DNA of 64,000 nt from Chitinophagales bacterium (lineage in GTDB: Bacteria; Bacteroidota; Bacteroidia; Chitinophagales; Chitinophagaceae): assembly GCA_031424775.1 (NCBI GenBank), contig JANPIB010000017.1, positions 3,342-67,341 on the forward strand, read 5' to 3'. The notes beneath the pieces were generated by a model, which worked only from the letters and a program-made list of their open reading frames with translations, made no database searches and was not told where the DNA came from. Positions 46,722 to 57,012 of the stretch are shown here, piece after piece; position 1 is the first letter of the stretch; each line of letters opens with the position of its first letter. Made by a program: the position numbers and the translations under genes.

Positions 46722-48233
46722 TTAATAGCCAGAATTCTGAGTGAGTCCACCAGTTCTTACATCGTAATCAGGAACAGGCAACAGATTATGTTTTGCTACA
46801 AAACCTAAAGATCCCAACTCTGTTGTGGCAAGACCCCAACGAACCAGGTCAGTAAAACGAACACCTTCGAAAGCAAGTTCAAGTTGTCTTTCTTTAACGA
46901 TATCAGTAAATAAGGCTGTGCCACCGCTAGCAATTGGTGCAAGACCAGACCTTGACCTCACCATATTAACATAGCCTCGTGATTTAGGATCATTACCAGA
47001 TTTATTATAGGCTTCTGCGGCCATCAGCAACACATCTGCAAAACGGATATGTCTCCAATTTGTGCCATAATTCAATTCACTAATCGGACCACCCGTTTGA
47101 CTGCTAAATGATCCATATTTTCTTTGGAAAAATCCTTCATAATCGTAAGCTGTAGGATTACTCCAATTACCCCCAGCTGCAATTAACTCGGCTGATGACA
47201 TTACAGTTTGCCTTCTTCTATTTACATCTCCTGCAGTTATATAAGCATCCCATAGCTTTTGCTTTGGCAACACAAAACCCCAACCACCTATTAAAGAATC
47301 TGTAGGAGCTTTAGTATAATAATCAGCTCTCGGCCCCATTAGTTGTATATGGATATTACTTTCTGGTGCACCACCCCAAGGAAAATTTCCCCAGTCATAA
47401 GCTCTCTGGTTTGTGTATGATATCTCAAAAACAGATTCCTGACCAAACTCTAAGTTTTTTGAGAAAGCAGCTCCAATTGAAGATGCTAATGCATATTGAT
47501 TAGATGTGATAACCGATTCTAATTGAATAGCAGCTTCTGCAAATTTTTGCTGGTACAATAAAACTTTCCCCAAAAGTGCCTGAGCAGTACCTTTTGAAAC
47601 CCTGAACTTGTCTGCAGAAGAATAAACATTCTTCAATGGAAGCACAGCAATTGCTTCTGTCAGATCTTTTTCGATCTGGGCATATACACTTGCTTTTGGT
47701 GCTCTTCCGGTTGAAGTATAAGAAGCTGGCGGAATATCATTCAACACCAAAGGAACATCGCCCCAAAGAGAAACTAACTCAAAGTAATTGTAAGCTCTTA
47801 ACACTTTCGCCTCAGCAATTAATCTTTGGCGTAAAGCGCTTGCTGGATCAATACGATTGATCACTTTATTTGCACGATAAATTGTAAAGTAACTCATTCT
47901 CCATGCATCTCTGACTTTATCATTTGTTGCGTCGAAGTTGAAGTTATCCAGTGTTTGATAACCTGGCTGATCGCCAGCATCACTTCCACCTGCATTTGAC
48001 TCATCAGAAAGTAAAGTTTTTACCATATACAAGCTTGCCCAATTGTTATTGTAATGAGCTTGCATCATGTCATACACACCATAAACAGCCTGTGTAGCAT
48101 CGCCATCTGTTTTATAGAAATCCTGTTCAGGAAAAGCACCCGGAACTTCCTGCTCCAGGAATTTTTTGCATCCACTACTCAGTGTCAGGATGATAAAACA
48201 TACTATGGTTATTTTTATAAATAGATTCTTCAT
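46722..48233 (-). CDS. susD: SusD/RagB-family nutrient-binding outer-membrane lipoprotein
   Basis: Lipobox LSSGC and TPR-like SusD blocks (RAYNYFELVSLWGDVPL, ERQLELAFEGVRFTDLVRWG). Confidence 0.9.
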   Translation of the reverse strand: MKNLFIKITIVCFIILTLSSGCKKFLEQEVPGAFPEQDFYKTDGDATQAVYGVYDMMQAHYNNNWASLYMVKTLLSDESNAGGSDAGDQPGYQTLDNFNFDATNDKVRDAWRMSYFTIYRANKVINRIDPASALRQRLIAEAKVLRAYNYFELVSLWGDVPLVLNDIPPASYTSTGRAPKASVYAQIEKDLTEAIAVLPLKNVYSSADKFRVSKGTAQALLGKVLLYQQKFAEAAIQLESVITSNQYALASSIGAAFSKNLEFGQESVFEISYTNQRAYDWGNFPWGGAPESNIHIQLMGPRADYYTKAPTDSLIGGWGFVLPKQKLWDAYITAGDVNRRRQTVMSSAELIAAGGNWSNPTAYDYEGFFQRKYGSFSSQTGGPISELNYGTNWRHIRFADVLLMAAEAYNKSGNDPKSRGYVNMVRSRSGLAPIASGGTALFTDIVKERQLELAFEGVRFTDLVRWGLATTELGSLGFVAKHNLLPVPDYDVRTGGLTQNSGY

Positions 48234-48255
48234 CTTTTTAGGTTTTGATTGTTGA

Positions 48256-51200
48256 TTAGAAAGTAAATGTTAACCCAGCAACAGCTCTCCTTGGAATCGG
48301 ATAACCGCCACGATCAATACCAATACTATTTCCGCCATTACTTCCTGCCTCAGGGTCTACACCTGGGTATTTTGTGAAGGTGAAGAAGTCATCAAGCGAT
48401 ACATACACTCTGGCATTTTTAAACTTTATCTTGCCAGCAACTGATTTTGGTAAAGTATAACCCAATTGCATCTGACGAATTCTTGTGAAAGAACCATCGA
48501 ACACCATTAAATCACTGTTATATATGTATGGATTGGATGTATTTGCTGCAAACCAGGAGTTAGTGCTTCCAGCACCTGTCCACCGGTTTGCATAGAAGAA
48601 GTAAGGTTTATTTGCAGTTGATCTATCTGTACGATTAAAGCCCATCAGCTTTTCATTTCCATATTGCCCTTGTACAAAAACGGTAAGATCAAAATTCTTG
48701 TAGCTGAGGTTTGCCCTGAAACCATACATAAAGTCTGGATGTGGACTTCCGATGTTAGTCATATCTGCAGGAGATATTTGCTTATCACCATTTATATCTA
48801 AAACGATTGGATCGCCAGGTTGTGGAGCATATCCAATTAATCCATTTTTTGTAATGTAAGATGATATCTCACTTTGAGTTTGAAATATACCATCTGTTTT
48901 GTAACCATTGAAATACCAGATAGGATTGCCAACCTGCATTGCTGTAGCAGCCCAGCCTGTTCCAATACCAGCACCATATAGGATAGGTGAGTTTGGATCT
49001 AGGTATGTAACTTCATTCTTTAATGTGGTAAAATTTACGAATAACTCGTAACCAAGGCTCCTTTTAGAGCCACCCTGGTTTTTGTATCCTAATTCAATTT
49101 CAAAACCTGAATTCACAACATTTCCAGCATTTACTGTTCTTAAAATATTCCCTGCAAACAAAGGAGCATTACCACCGGTCAAAAGATCTTTTGTTGTTTT
49201 CTTATAGTAATCTAAGGTTACTGTAAGCCTGTTTTTTAAGAAAGACAGGTCTAATCCAAAATCGATTTGCTCACTTGTTTCCCAGGTAAGTTGAGGATAA
49301 GCAAGACTTGTTGGCGCTGCGCCAACCATTAAACCGCCGTTAGCATCAGGATACAATAAACCTGCACCAATTGAGTTAAGCCACTCTCCTAAACCTACAC
49401 TTGATAGACTACCATTCTGTCCCCAACTTGCTCTTAATTTACCATAGTTCATAAAACTTGATCTGAAGAAGTCTTCACTTGAAAAAACCCATCCACTAGA
49501 AACCGATGGGAAAGTACCCCACTGATAATCTGGTGAAAAGAGTGAAGAACCATCTCTTCTTAATGTAGCAGCAAACAGGTATTTATTTTTATAGTCATAG
49601 TTAACTCTTCCATAGAAAGAGGCAAGCGTTCTGTCGAAAGCAATACTTCCGATACGATCTAAAGCATCTGGAACAAAATCAGCATAAGAAAACTTATCTT
49701 CTTCCTTAAACAATCCTGAATAGCTGCCCCCCATATGTTGTTCATGTGTTTTTTGTGCGGAAACACCTGCTAACAAAGACAGAGAGTGATTACCGAATCG
49801 TTTTGTATAGGTGGCAAAATTCTCCAATTGCCATGTAAACCAGGTATTGCTGTAATCATATCCGTTAGCAATAGTATTCTGACTTTCAGATGAGAACCAG
49901 AAAGTTGGTGTCCATCCATGCCCTACCTGGAAAGCTGCATCAATACCAAAACGTGAAGTGAATTTCAGGTTCTTTATAGCTTCTATCTCGGCGAAAACGT
50001 TACCTACGATCTTGTTTTGAACATTCTCACCTTTTGCCATATCAATCCTTGCCAATGGATTTCCGTATTCGCCTTTCAGGAAATTTGATAAACCATAAAG
50101 GTTACCGTTTGCATCAACCCTTAATGGATGTCCTGCATTGATTGCATTTTGAACGTGTGTTGGAAGTGCGGAACCGGAAGGATAACTCACAGGAGTGGTT
50201 GGATCCATCACCAATGCACTTCCCAAAATAGACCCAAATTCATCATTCTCAGATATAGCTCTACGCCTGTGGTGTGAGTAAACAAGTCTGTTACCAAAGT
50301 TTAACCAGGGCTTTATTTTAGAATCTGAATTAAACCGAACAGTGTAACGATTGAATCTTGCTTTTTCACCACCAACAATACCTTCCTGAGAAAAGATGGT
50401 ACCATTAACAAGGTAGGTACTCTTATCGTTTCCACCGCTAAGGGTTAATGAATGATGTTGTTGAGGTGCAGTTTGCAGCACTTCCCTCATCCAGTTAGTA
50501 CCCTCACCTATATTAGCAACATCACTCATAGTTGGTGCACCAGCCACTCCGGCTTCCTGGAGGTATTGCTGATATTGCTTAGCGTTCATCATTTTTACAA
50601 AATCGTCTTTCACAGATTGCATTGCAAACTGGGCATTATAAGTAATATCTGAGGTCCCCTTTTTTCCTGTTTTTGTAGTAATGATCACTACACCGTTTGC
50701 ACCTTCAGCTCCATATATGGCAGCTGAAGCAGCATCTTTTAAAATTTCAATTGATTCAACTTCAGAAGGATCAATAGACTCCATACCACCTGCTCTAATC
50801 CCATCTATAATAAATAATGGATTGTTGCTTCTGTTTGAACCTGTACCCCTGATCCTTACGCTAAGTCCAGCACCTGGTTGGCCGGAATTGGGAACAATCT
50901 GAACACCTGCTGTTCTTCCCTGAAGTGCTTGTTCAATTCTTGTGTTGGACACAGTCGTTAACTGATCAGCCTTTACTGAAGAAATGGCACCTGTGACCAA
51001 TGCCTTCTTTTGCTGACCATAACCGACCACTACCACTTCATTTAAAGAGCCAGTACCTTCTGACAATGAGATATTCAGGTCTCTAGCCTGATTTACAACT
51101 ACTTCCTCATTTGCCATACCTGTAAAAGATATCACCAGGACTGAACCCGGCTTTGGAACATTTATGGAGAAAACCCCATTTATGTCAGTTACCGTGGCAG

Positions 51201-51360
51201 TGGAAGTGCCTTTTACTGAAACTGTTGCAGCTTCAAGTGGCTGGCTGGAAGTTTTTGAGGTAACCTTACCGGTGACCTTAAATGTTTGAGCGAAGCTTGA
51301 GGTGCCCAAAAGCATAATGCATGAACACACCAGTAGTAACGTTTTTAATTTCATATGCAA
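48256..51360 (-). CDS. susC: SusC-type TonB-dependent transporter
   Basis: 1034 aa with an N-terminal carboxypeptidase-regulatory-like domain, a plug (LQGRTAGV) and a C-terminal beta-barrel ending ...GLTFTF. Confidence 0.93.
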   Translation of the reverse strand: MHMKLKTLLLVCSCIMLLGTSSFAQTFKVTGKVTSKTSSQPLEAATVSVKGTSTATVTDINGVFSINVPKPGSVLVISFTGMANEEVVVNQARDLNISLSEGTGSLNEVVVVGYGQQKKALVTGAISSVKADQLTTVSNTRIEQALQGRTAGVQIVPNSGQPGAGLSVRIRGTGSNRSNNPLFIIDGIRAGGMESIDPSEVESIEILKDAASAAIYGAEGANGVVIITTKTGKKGTSDITYNAQFAMQSVKDDFVKMMNAKQYQQYLQEAGVAGAPTMSDVANIGEGTNWMREVLQTAPQQHHSLTLSGGNDKSTYLVNGTIFSQEGIVGGEKARFNRYTVRFNSDSKIKPWLNFGNRLVYSHHRRRAISENDEFGSILGSALVMDPTTPVSYPSGSALPTHVQNAINAGHPLRVDANGNLYGLSNFLKGEYGNPLARIDMAKGENVQNKIVGNVFAEIEAIKNLKFTSRFGIDAAFQVGHGWTPTFWFSSESQNTIANGYDYSNTWFTWQLENFATYTKRFGNHSLSLLAGVSAQKTHEQHMGGSYSGLFKEEDKFSYADFVPDALDRIGSIAFDRTLASFYGRVNYDYKNKYLFAATLRRDGSSLFSPDYQWGTFPSVSSGWVFSSEDFFRSSFMNYGKLRASWGQNGSLSSVGLGEWLNSIGAGLLYPDANGGLMVGAAPTSLAYPQLTWETSEQIDFGLDLSFLKNRLTVTLDYYKKTTKDLLTGGNAPLFAGNILRTVNAGNVVNSGFEIELGYKNQGGSKRSLGYELFVNFTTLKNEVTYLDPNSPILYGAGIGTGWAATAMQVGNPIWYFNGYKTDGIFQTQSEISSYITKNGLIGYAPQPGDPIVLDINGDKQISPADMTNIGSPHPDFMYGFRANLSYKNFDLTVFVQGQYGNEKLMGFNRTDRSTANKPYFFYANRWTGAGSTNSWFAANTSNPYIYNSDLMVFDGSFTRIRQMQLGYTLPKSVAGKIKFKNARVYVSLDDFFTFTKYPGVDPEAGSNGGNSIGIDRGGYPIPRRAVAGLTFTF

Positions 51361-51440
51361 GCTGTTTTAGATTGAACCCTACGTAATAGCAGGAGGTTTT
51401 GTAAAAGTAGGTCTGAATACTACCGACCACCTAATTTGGG

Positions 51441-51514
51441 ACTACATCATTACTACATCAATGATGAAAAATAGGTTGAGAACTAATTGATTTTGGTTCT
51501 TCATTACTACATCA
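51441..51514. promoter_or_regulatory. Three copies of ACTACATCA (two tandem, one 54 nt away) plus an embedded 7-bp inverted repeat in the susC/regulator divergent promoter
   Basis: ACTACATCA occurs at 51441-51449, 51452-51460 and 51506-51514. CATCATT (51445-51451) pairs with AATGATG (51460-51466). Confidence 0.4.
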
Positions 51515-51552
51515 TCGAAATTTATCTACCTTTCTCATTGTAATTTGCTGCC

Positions 51553-54438
51553 ATGTTAATATTCCGGTACATGTTTGTATTTCTGCTTGCATATAGTATT
51601 GGAAATGCCCAAAACACAATCGGGTTACCAGATATTGTAAACTATTCTACACAAGTTATTAAAGGTGCCCAAAACAGGCAAATCAGACAAGACAAAAAAG
51701 GTTATTTATACTTTGCTAATAATGAAGGAGTACTCACTTTTGATGGTGTCAGTTGGAAAGCATATCCACTCCCAAATAAAAGTATCGTAAGGAGTATTGA
51801 ATTTGGACAAGATGGCAAGTTATATGTTGGTGGACAAGATGAATTCGGATATTTCCAGCCGTCGTCTACTGGGCAGCTTTTTTTTCAATCACTTAAACCA
51901 CTCTTACCCAAGTCTGACAGGTCTTTTACAGATGTTTGGGAAATAATTTCTTACAGGGGTGGGCTTTTTTTTCAGACTACAGATAAAATATTCCTCATTA
52001 GCAATAATCACACGACTGTTTACAAAAGCACACATTGGCGGTTTATGTGTTCCTGGGGCGACAAATTGCTTGCACAGGATTTTGAAAGAGGATTGTTGAT
52101 GTTTGAGAAAGGTATGTGGGTGCCTTTTTTAAAAAGTTCTGAAATGCCCAAAGAGGCATATGCTACATCGATAACTCAAATAAACAAAGACTCTGCACTA
52201 ATTACTACGTTAAAGCATGGCATTTATATATTACATGCAAGCCAGCTTAAGAAGTTCAAATCTGTATTTACTGATCAGCTTTCATCGCAAAACATATCGG
52301 GTTCAGCAATGGTTAACGATAGGCATATAGCTATTACAACGAATCTTGCTGGCTGTTATGTTATAGATAAAGCCGGTAACCTTGTAAGAAGTTTTAGCAG
52401 AAAAGAAGGATTGCAAAACAACAACATTCTGGACGTGTTTTTGGATAAAGAGAAGAACCTCTGGCTGGGATTGGACAATGGAATAGATTTTATCGCCTAT
52501 AATAATGCTATTAAACATGTTTATCCTGAATTTCAAAATGAAGGATCGGGTTATGCCTCATACATCCATAAAAATGAACTGTATATTGGAACGTCCAATG
52601 GCTTGTATAAAGTTCCACTGTACAATGAAACCGACCTTAGTTATATAAAAGGAAATTTCACCCCTGTAAATAATACCAAAGGACAGGTTTGGAATCTTTC
52701 TGAGGTAAATGGGAAGTTATTGATGGGGCATCACGAAGGTGGATTTCTAATATCTAACAATACTGCTACACCAATTGATAACGCAAGCGGCTTCTGGAAT
52801 TTTCTTCCTTATGATAATGTACTTCCCTCTTCTTTAATGGTTAGTGGAACATATAATGGACTGAATTTTTATAAATACCAGAACGGAAGTTTCAGCAAAG
52901 AGAACGTGCATGCACATTTTGAATCTGCAAGGTTTGTAGTGATTGATAATGGAAATATTTGGGTTGCCCATCCCTACAAAGGTTTATACCGGATAAATCT
53001 GAAGGCTGGTAATCCTGCGATTAAGTATTATACGGAGAAGGAAGGAGTGAACTCTACAAATGGCAATTTTATTTTCAAGATCAAGAATGCACTTATTCTA
53101 ACCACTGAAAAAGGCAATTTTGAATATAACTTAAACGAAGACAGGTTTGAGCCATCTATTACCTACAACAAATTATTTGGTAGTAAATCCATCAGGTATC
53201 TGAAAGAAGACCAGGCAGGTAACATTTGGTTTGTGTACGATAAAGTTTTGGGATTAGTAGATAACTCTACTAGCCAACCTCAGATCATTTACTTTCCTGA
53301 GTTAAACAATAAGTTCGTTGCAGGTTTTGAGCATGTGAACCCTATTGATAAAAACAATGTATTCATTGGAGGGGAGAAAGGTTTTTACCATATCAACTTT
53401 GAACACTATAAAAAGATTAAGAATCCACTCCAGGTATTCATCACATCAGTAAGCTCAATTAATATTAGAGACAGTCTTTTATTTGGGGGATACAGCAAGA
53501 CCGTAAACGAGATTGTGGCAGAACAAAAAGCTACAGAAAATATTAGTCATGATTGGAACTCATTTCATTTTGAATTTGCAGCACCAGCTTATTCACAATT
53601 AGCGAGTGTAGAGTATAGCTATCAATTAGAAGGTTTTGATAACAGGTGGGCTGAGTTCTCAAAGAAAAACCAGAAAGAATACACTAATCTGCCTGCTGGC
53701 ACTTATACTTTCAAAGTAAAAGCCAGGAACAATCTTGGTAACGAGTCTGCTGTAAGCAGCTACACATTCACCGTTTTGCCACCATGGTATGAAAGCTGGT
53801 GGGCTTACTGTATATATTTTATTTTGTTTGGATTTGCAGGATACAGATTGTATCGTTATCAGCAAAAGAAGTTCATTCGTCAACAAAACAGGCATGAGGA
53901 AGAACAAAAACGTTTACAGTATCTGCATCAGCTGGAGTTGGAAAAAGCAGAAAAAGAGTTGATGCAGCTAAGAAATGAAAAACTTGAAGCCGAAATAAAT
54001 CACAAGAATACTCAGTTAGCTTCTACGGCAATGCACCTGGTACAAAAAGGTGAGCTTTTAGGTAAGGTGAAATACCAGATGCTGAAATTGAAGAAACAAA
54101 GTGATGGTGATGAACTTAAAGGCATTATTAAAACATTAAGCGAAGAGGACAGGCTAGATGATCAGTGGGAGCAATTTTCAATTCACTTTGACACCGTACA
54201 CTCAGATTTTCTATCTATAATAAAAACAAAATTTTCAACGCTTACGCCAAACGAATTAAAACTTTGTGCTTACCTGAGAATGAATCTAAGCACTAAAGAA
54301 ATTGCTCAGCTTTTGAATATCTCAGTAAGAGGTGTTGAAATCAGTCGCTACCGTTTACGTAAAAAGCTTGGAATTCCTACTGAGGTGAGCCTGTTTGATT
54401 TCCTAATAAATTCTACAAATCAACAAACCAAGTTTTAG
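51553..54438 (+). CDS. Transmembrane one-component regulator: periplasmic beta-propeller repeats, Y_Y_Y domain, TM helix, coiled coil and LuxR-type HTH
   Basis: Y_Y_Y block (VEYSYQLEGFDNRW...GTYTFKVKARN), TM helix WWAYCIYFILFGFAGY and C-terminal LTPNELKLCAYLRMNLSTKEIAQLLNISVRGVEISRYRLRKKLG. I see no HisKA/HATPase or receiver motifs. Confidence 0.85.
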   Translation: MLIFRYMFVFLLAYSIGNAQNTIGLPDIVNYSTQVIKGAQNRQIRQDKKGYLYFANNEGVLTFDGVSWKAYPLPNKSIVRSIEFGQDGKLYVGGQDEFGYFQPSSTGQLFFQSLKPLLPKSDRSFTDVWEIISYRGGLFFQTTDKIFLISNNHTTVYKSTHWRFMCSWGDKLLAQDFERGLLMFEKGMWVPFLKSSEMPKEAYATSITQINKDSALITTLKHGIYILHASQLKKFKSVFTDQLSSQNISGSAMVNDRHIAITTNLAGCYVIDKAGNLVRSFSRKEGLQNNNILDVFLDKEKNLWLGLDNGIDFIAYNNAIKHVYPEFQNEGSGYASYIHKNELYIGTSNGLYKVPLYNETDLSYIKGNFTPVNNTKGQVWNLSEVNGKLLMGHHEGGFLISNNTATPIDNASGFWNFLPYDNVLPSSLMVSGTYNGLNFYKYQNGSFSKENVHAHFESARFVVIDNGNIWVAHPYKGLYRINLKAGNPAIKYYTEKEGVNSTNGNFIFKIKNALILTTEKGNFEYNLNEDRFEPSITYNKLFGSKSIRYLKEDQAGNIWFVYDKVLGLVDNSTSQPQIIYFPELNNKFVAGFEHVNPIDKNNVFIGGEKGFYHINFEHYKKIKNPLQVFITSVSSINIRDSLLFGGYSKTVNEIVAEQKATENISHDWNSFHFEFAAPAYSQLASVEYSYQLEGFDNRWAEFSKKNQKEYTNLPAGTYTFKVKARNNLGNESAVSSYTFTVLPPWYESWWAYCIYFILFGFAGYRLYRYQQKKFIRQQNRHEEEQKRLQYLHQLELEKAEKELMQLRNEKLEAEINHKNTQLASTAMHLVQKGELLGKVKYQMLKLKKQSDGDELKGIIKTLSEEDRLDDQWEQFSIHFDTVHSDFLSIIKTKFSTLTPNELKLCAYLRMNLSTKEIAQLLNISVRGVEISRYRLRKKLGIPTEVSLFDFLINSTNQQTKF

Positions 54439-54576
54439 ACTAACGAATCAATTCGAGATCCTATACTTAAGACTCATTATGAATATCTAATACTCATGAG
54501 CTTTGTCGTGGAGCACTTTTTGAACATTTTAATTCAAAAATTGTATTTTCAAACTTATTCTATTTAATAAATCAAA

Positions 54577-55737
54577 ATGTTCCATTCATTACTGCCACAT
54601 AAAATACGATTGTTATTATTCACTTGCTGTTTTTTGCTAATTGAACTTACAAATGCACAAACTATATTTTCTTTTACCACAAAAGAGAACAGAGATACTA
54701 TCACTACTCAATTGGTTAATAATGTTAATACAGCCATCCTACTTCCACTGCATAAAGACAACTACAGCCGAATTACCGGAGCATTCTGGGCAATGGAAAT
54801 AATGTTATACAAACCAGTAAACATGCATAGTGTTATCATATCACATTTTAATCAACTAATCAGTACTCCAGCATGGTTTCAACGTAGTTTTTTAGAAATG
54901 CTTTATACTTTATACCCCAATAAATACAAGAATGAAGTTGCCATAATTTGGAAGCAACTAGGATCACTTAAAGTGAAAGCAATGGCATTGGAGTATCTAA
55001 GACAAGCCGGATATACTGTTAAAACAACACCTTATACAGAAGATAGTTTGCAGCTGTATTTTTTTAGTGCTCAAAAGACTTACACTGGTTTTAAAGAAAC
55101 AGATATACTTGACAAATATCTTCTTCCTGGCGAGCTATTGGTTGTTAGCTTTCAATATAAAGACAGGAATAAGCCTGGACACATAATGATCAGAAGTAAA
55201 CATCATGATTGGATCACAACAAATACCGGTGAAGTTTTTAAGGCATTCCAGTTAGCAAGATCTATCAGCAATATGCCATGGTATTTAACCAATGGCAATA
55301 CGCCACAAGGTCTATATAAGTTATTGGGCTTTGATAGTTCGTCTATTGATTGGATTGGGCCTACTACTAATCTTCAAATGCAAATGCCATTTGAAGCAAC
55401 GCAAAAAGTTTTCTTTGGAGATAGCACTATTTCATGGATTGACGGTTATTCACAGCTACTCGGCCCTTTAAAAAACAATGAACAATTATGGCAGAGCTTT
55501 TACGCTGGTAAACTGGGAAGAAGTGAGATCATTGCTCATGGCACTACTATCAATCCTGAATACTATAAAAATCAGCCCTATTATCCTAACACACCCAGTA
55601 TGGGTTGCCTTTGCAGTCCGGAAATATGGAACGAAAAAGGAGAACGAATTAAAAGCAGCCAGCAAGAATGGATTGACATGCTAAAACAATCAGGTGGCGG
55701 TAACGGTTATTTACTTGTTGTTGAACTTGAAGATTAA
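54577..55737 (+). CDS. Secreted hypothetical protein with a possible divergent YkuD (L,D-transpeptidase-like) C-terminal domain
   Basis: Signal peptide. The C-terminal region carries TPQGLYKL ... IIAHGT ...(20 aa)... SMGCLC, resembling the His...Cys layout of YkuD domains. The call is weak. Confidence 0.45.
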   Translation: MFHSLLPHKIRLLLFTCCFLLIELTNAQTIFSFTTKENRDTITTQLVNNVNTAILLPLHKDNYSRITGAFWAMEIMLYKPVNMHSVIISHFNQLISTPAWFQRSFLEMLYTLYPNKYKNEVAIIWKQLGSLKVKAMALEYLRQAGYTVKTTPYTEDSLQLYFFSAQKTYTGFKETDILDKYLLPGELLVVSFQYKDRNKPGHIMIRSKHHDWITTNTGEVFKAFQLARSISNMPWYLTNGNTPQGLYKLLGFDSSSIDWIGPTTNLQMQMPFEATQKVFFGDSTISWIDGYSQLLGPLKNNEQLWQSFYAGKLGRSEIIAHGTTINPEYYKNQPYYPNTPSMGCLCSPEIWNEKGERIKSSQQEWIDMLKQSGGGNGYLLVVELED

Positions 55738-55998
55738 AACTTCCATCTAACAAAAGCCTCCATTGCTGCATACTTGTAAGCCCTAGCGGAGCCTATAATG
55801 CTGCTGTGTTGGCATTACGTTCTTCTGCTCTTTCTCAGAACTATTTATTATCACTTTGAAGGTGTCTTTTCTTTTATCAAATCAGCAATTTGGTAAGCAA
55901 CGAAAAAAGAGCCTTCCATTGAAAATGTAAATATCTTACCCGGAATACTTTCAAAACTGTCTATCAGATCAACAGTCAACTTTTGAAAGCATGAATTT

Positions 55999-57003
55999 CT
56001 ACTTTTTCTTGATTAGGATAGCACTTACTACCGGACGCTCAACTCCGTTATCTCCAGGTCTCACAGTTTTAGTTCCGTTGATCACAAGTGAGGTAGAACC
56101 ACCACCATCCAAATTGATTGCATTTGTACAACCGAGTGTTTTAAGTATGTCTGCTAACATTGCAAGATTTACACCCGTGTAGTTTGGAGGATTGTCTCCT
56201 TCAATCGCAAGTACCATTACAATACCATTTGCATTATATCCAATGGCTGAACGAGGACGATCGGTAGTGTTATTAATAGAGATTAATTCTTCGTTATCCG
56301 TGATCTGAATATTATTGTTGTAAATGAGCATTGGTGAACCACCTATTGCACTTATAGTATTCCAGATTGATCCTCCCGAAGGGAAGGTGGCATCAGGTAT
56401 TGGTTGTGGTGCAGAATTTAACAAGTTTGGACTTGGTACAGGATAACTATAAATCAGATCATTACCTGCACCTAAGTTATAAATCCAACCAACAGAAGGA
56501 TTGCCGGTATTACTTACACCAAAGGCAGCCCTGGTTGGATAGTAGCTCGTATTTGCACCATTATAAACTCTGGTTAGCAACTTTATGTTAGGTGAGCTTA
56601 CAACATTGTTATACTTCACCAAGCTATAACTCTGATTTCCCCCAAAATAACCTCCGTTAATACATGCATAAGTTATTCCTGGTTCATTAGCAGCAAAAGC
56701 AGATGGTGTTGTTGCAGTAGAAGACATTACAGTTTTAAATTCAAGTGCTGCATTCTTACTGTCATAAGCCAAACAAAATGCTTTTACTTTTTTCCCTTGC
56801 ACTAATGAATCGAACTGGTACACTTGTATAGCTGAAGGAAAACCTGTTCCGAATGTGGTACTCACTTTCCAGCCCGATGGCAAGGTAATGAGATTTGATA
56901 CAGGTGGAACCGGAGGTATAGGTGTAGTATTTGTTGATGGTGTGCTGCTCTTTGAACAAGAAAAAAGAAACACGAAAGCGAGACAAGGCAGTAATTTTCG
57001 CAT
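55999..57003 (-). CDS. Phosphodiester glycosidase family lipoprotein (NAGPA/DUF2233-like)
   Basis: Lipobox LFSCS, with CINGGYFGG and AINLDGGGSTSL blocks. Confidence 0.8.
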   Translation of the reverse strand: MRKLLPCLAFVFLFSCSKSSTPSTNTTPIPPVPPVSNLITLPSGWKVSTTFGTGFPSAIQVYQFDSLVQGKKVKAFCLAYDSKNAALEFKTVMSSTATTPSAFAANEPGITYACINGGYFGGNQSYSLVKYNNVVSSPNIKLLTRVYNGANTSYYPTRAAFGVSNTGNPSVGWIYNLGAGNDLIYSYPVPSPNLLNSAPQPIPDATFPSGGSIWNTISAIGGSPMLIYNNNIQITDNEELISINNTTDRPRSAIGYNANGIVMVLAIEGDNPPNYTGVNLAMLADILKTLGCTNAINLDGGGSTSLVINGTKTVRPGDNGVERPVVSAILIKKK

Positions 57004-57012
57004 AGACTTTTA

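Noticed and set aside
55860-55985. Possible ~42-codon minus-strand ORF (LTVDLIDSFESIPGKIFTFSMEGSFFVAYQIADLIKEKTPSK) downstream of the phosphodiester glycosidase
   Set aside because: It has only a TTG start and no recognisable RBS or motif, and it is too short to support. It could be a decayed gene fragment, but I cannot show that.
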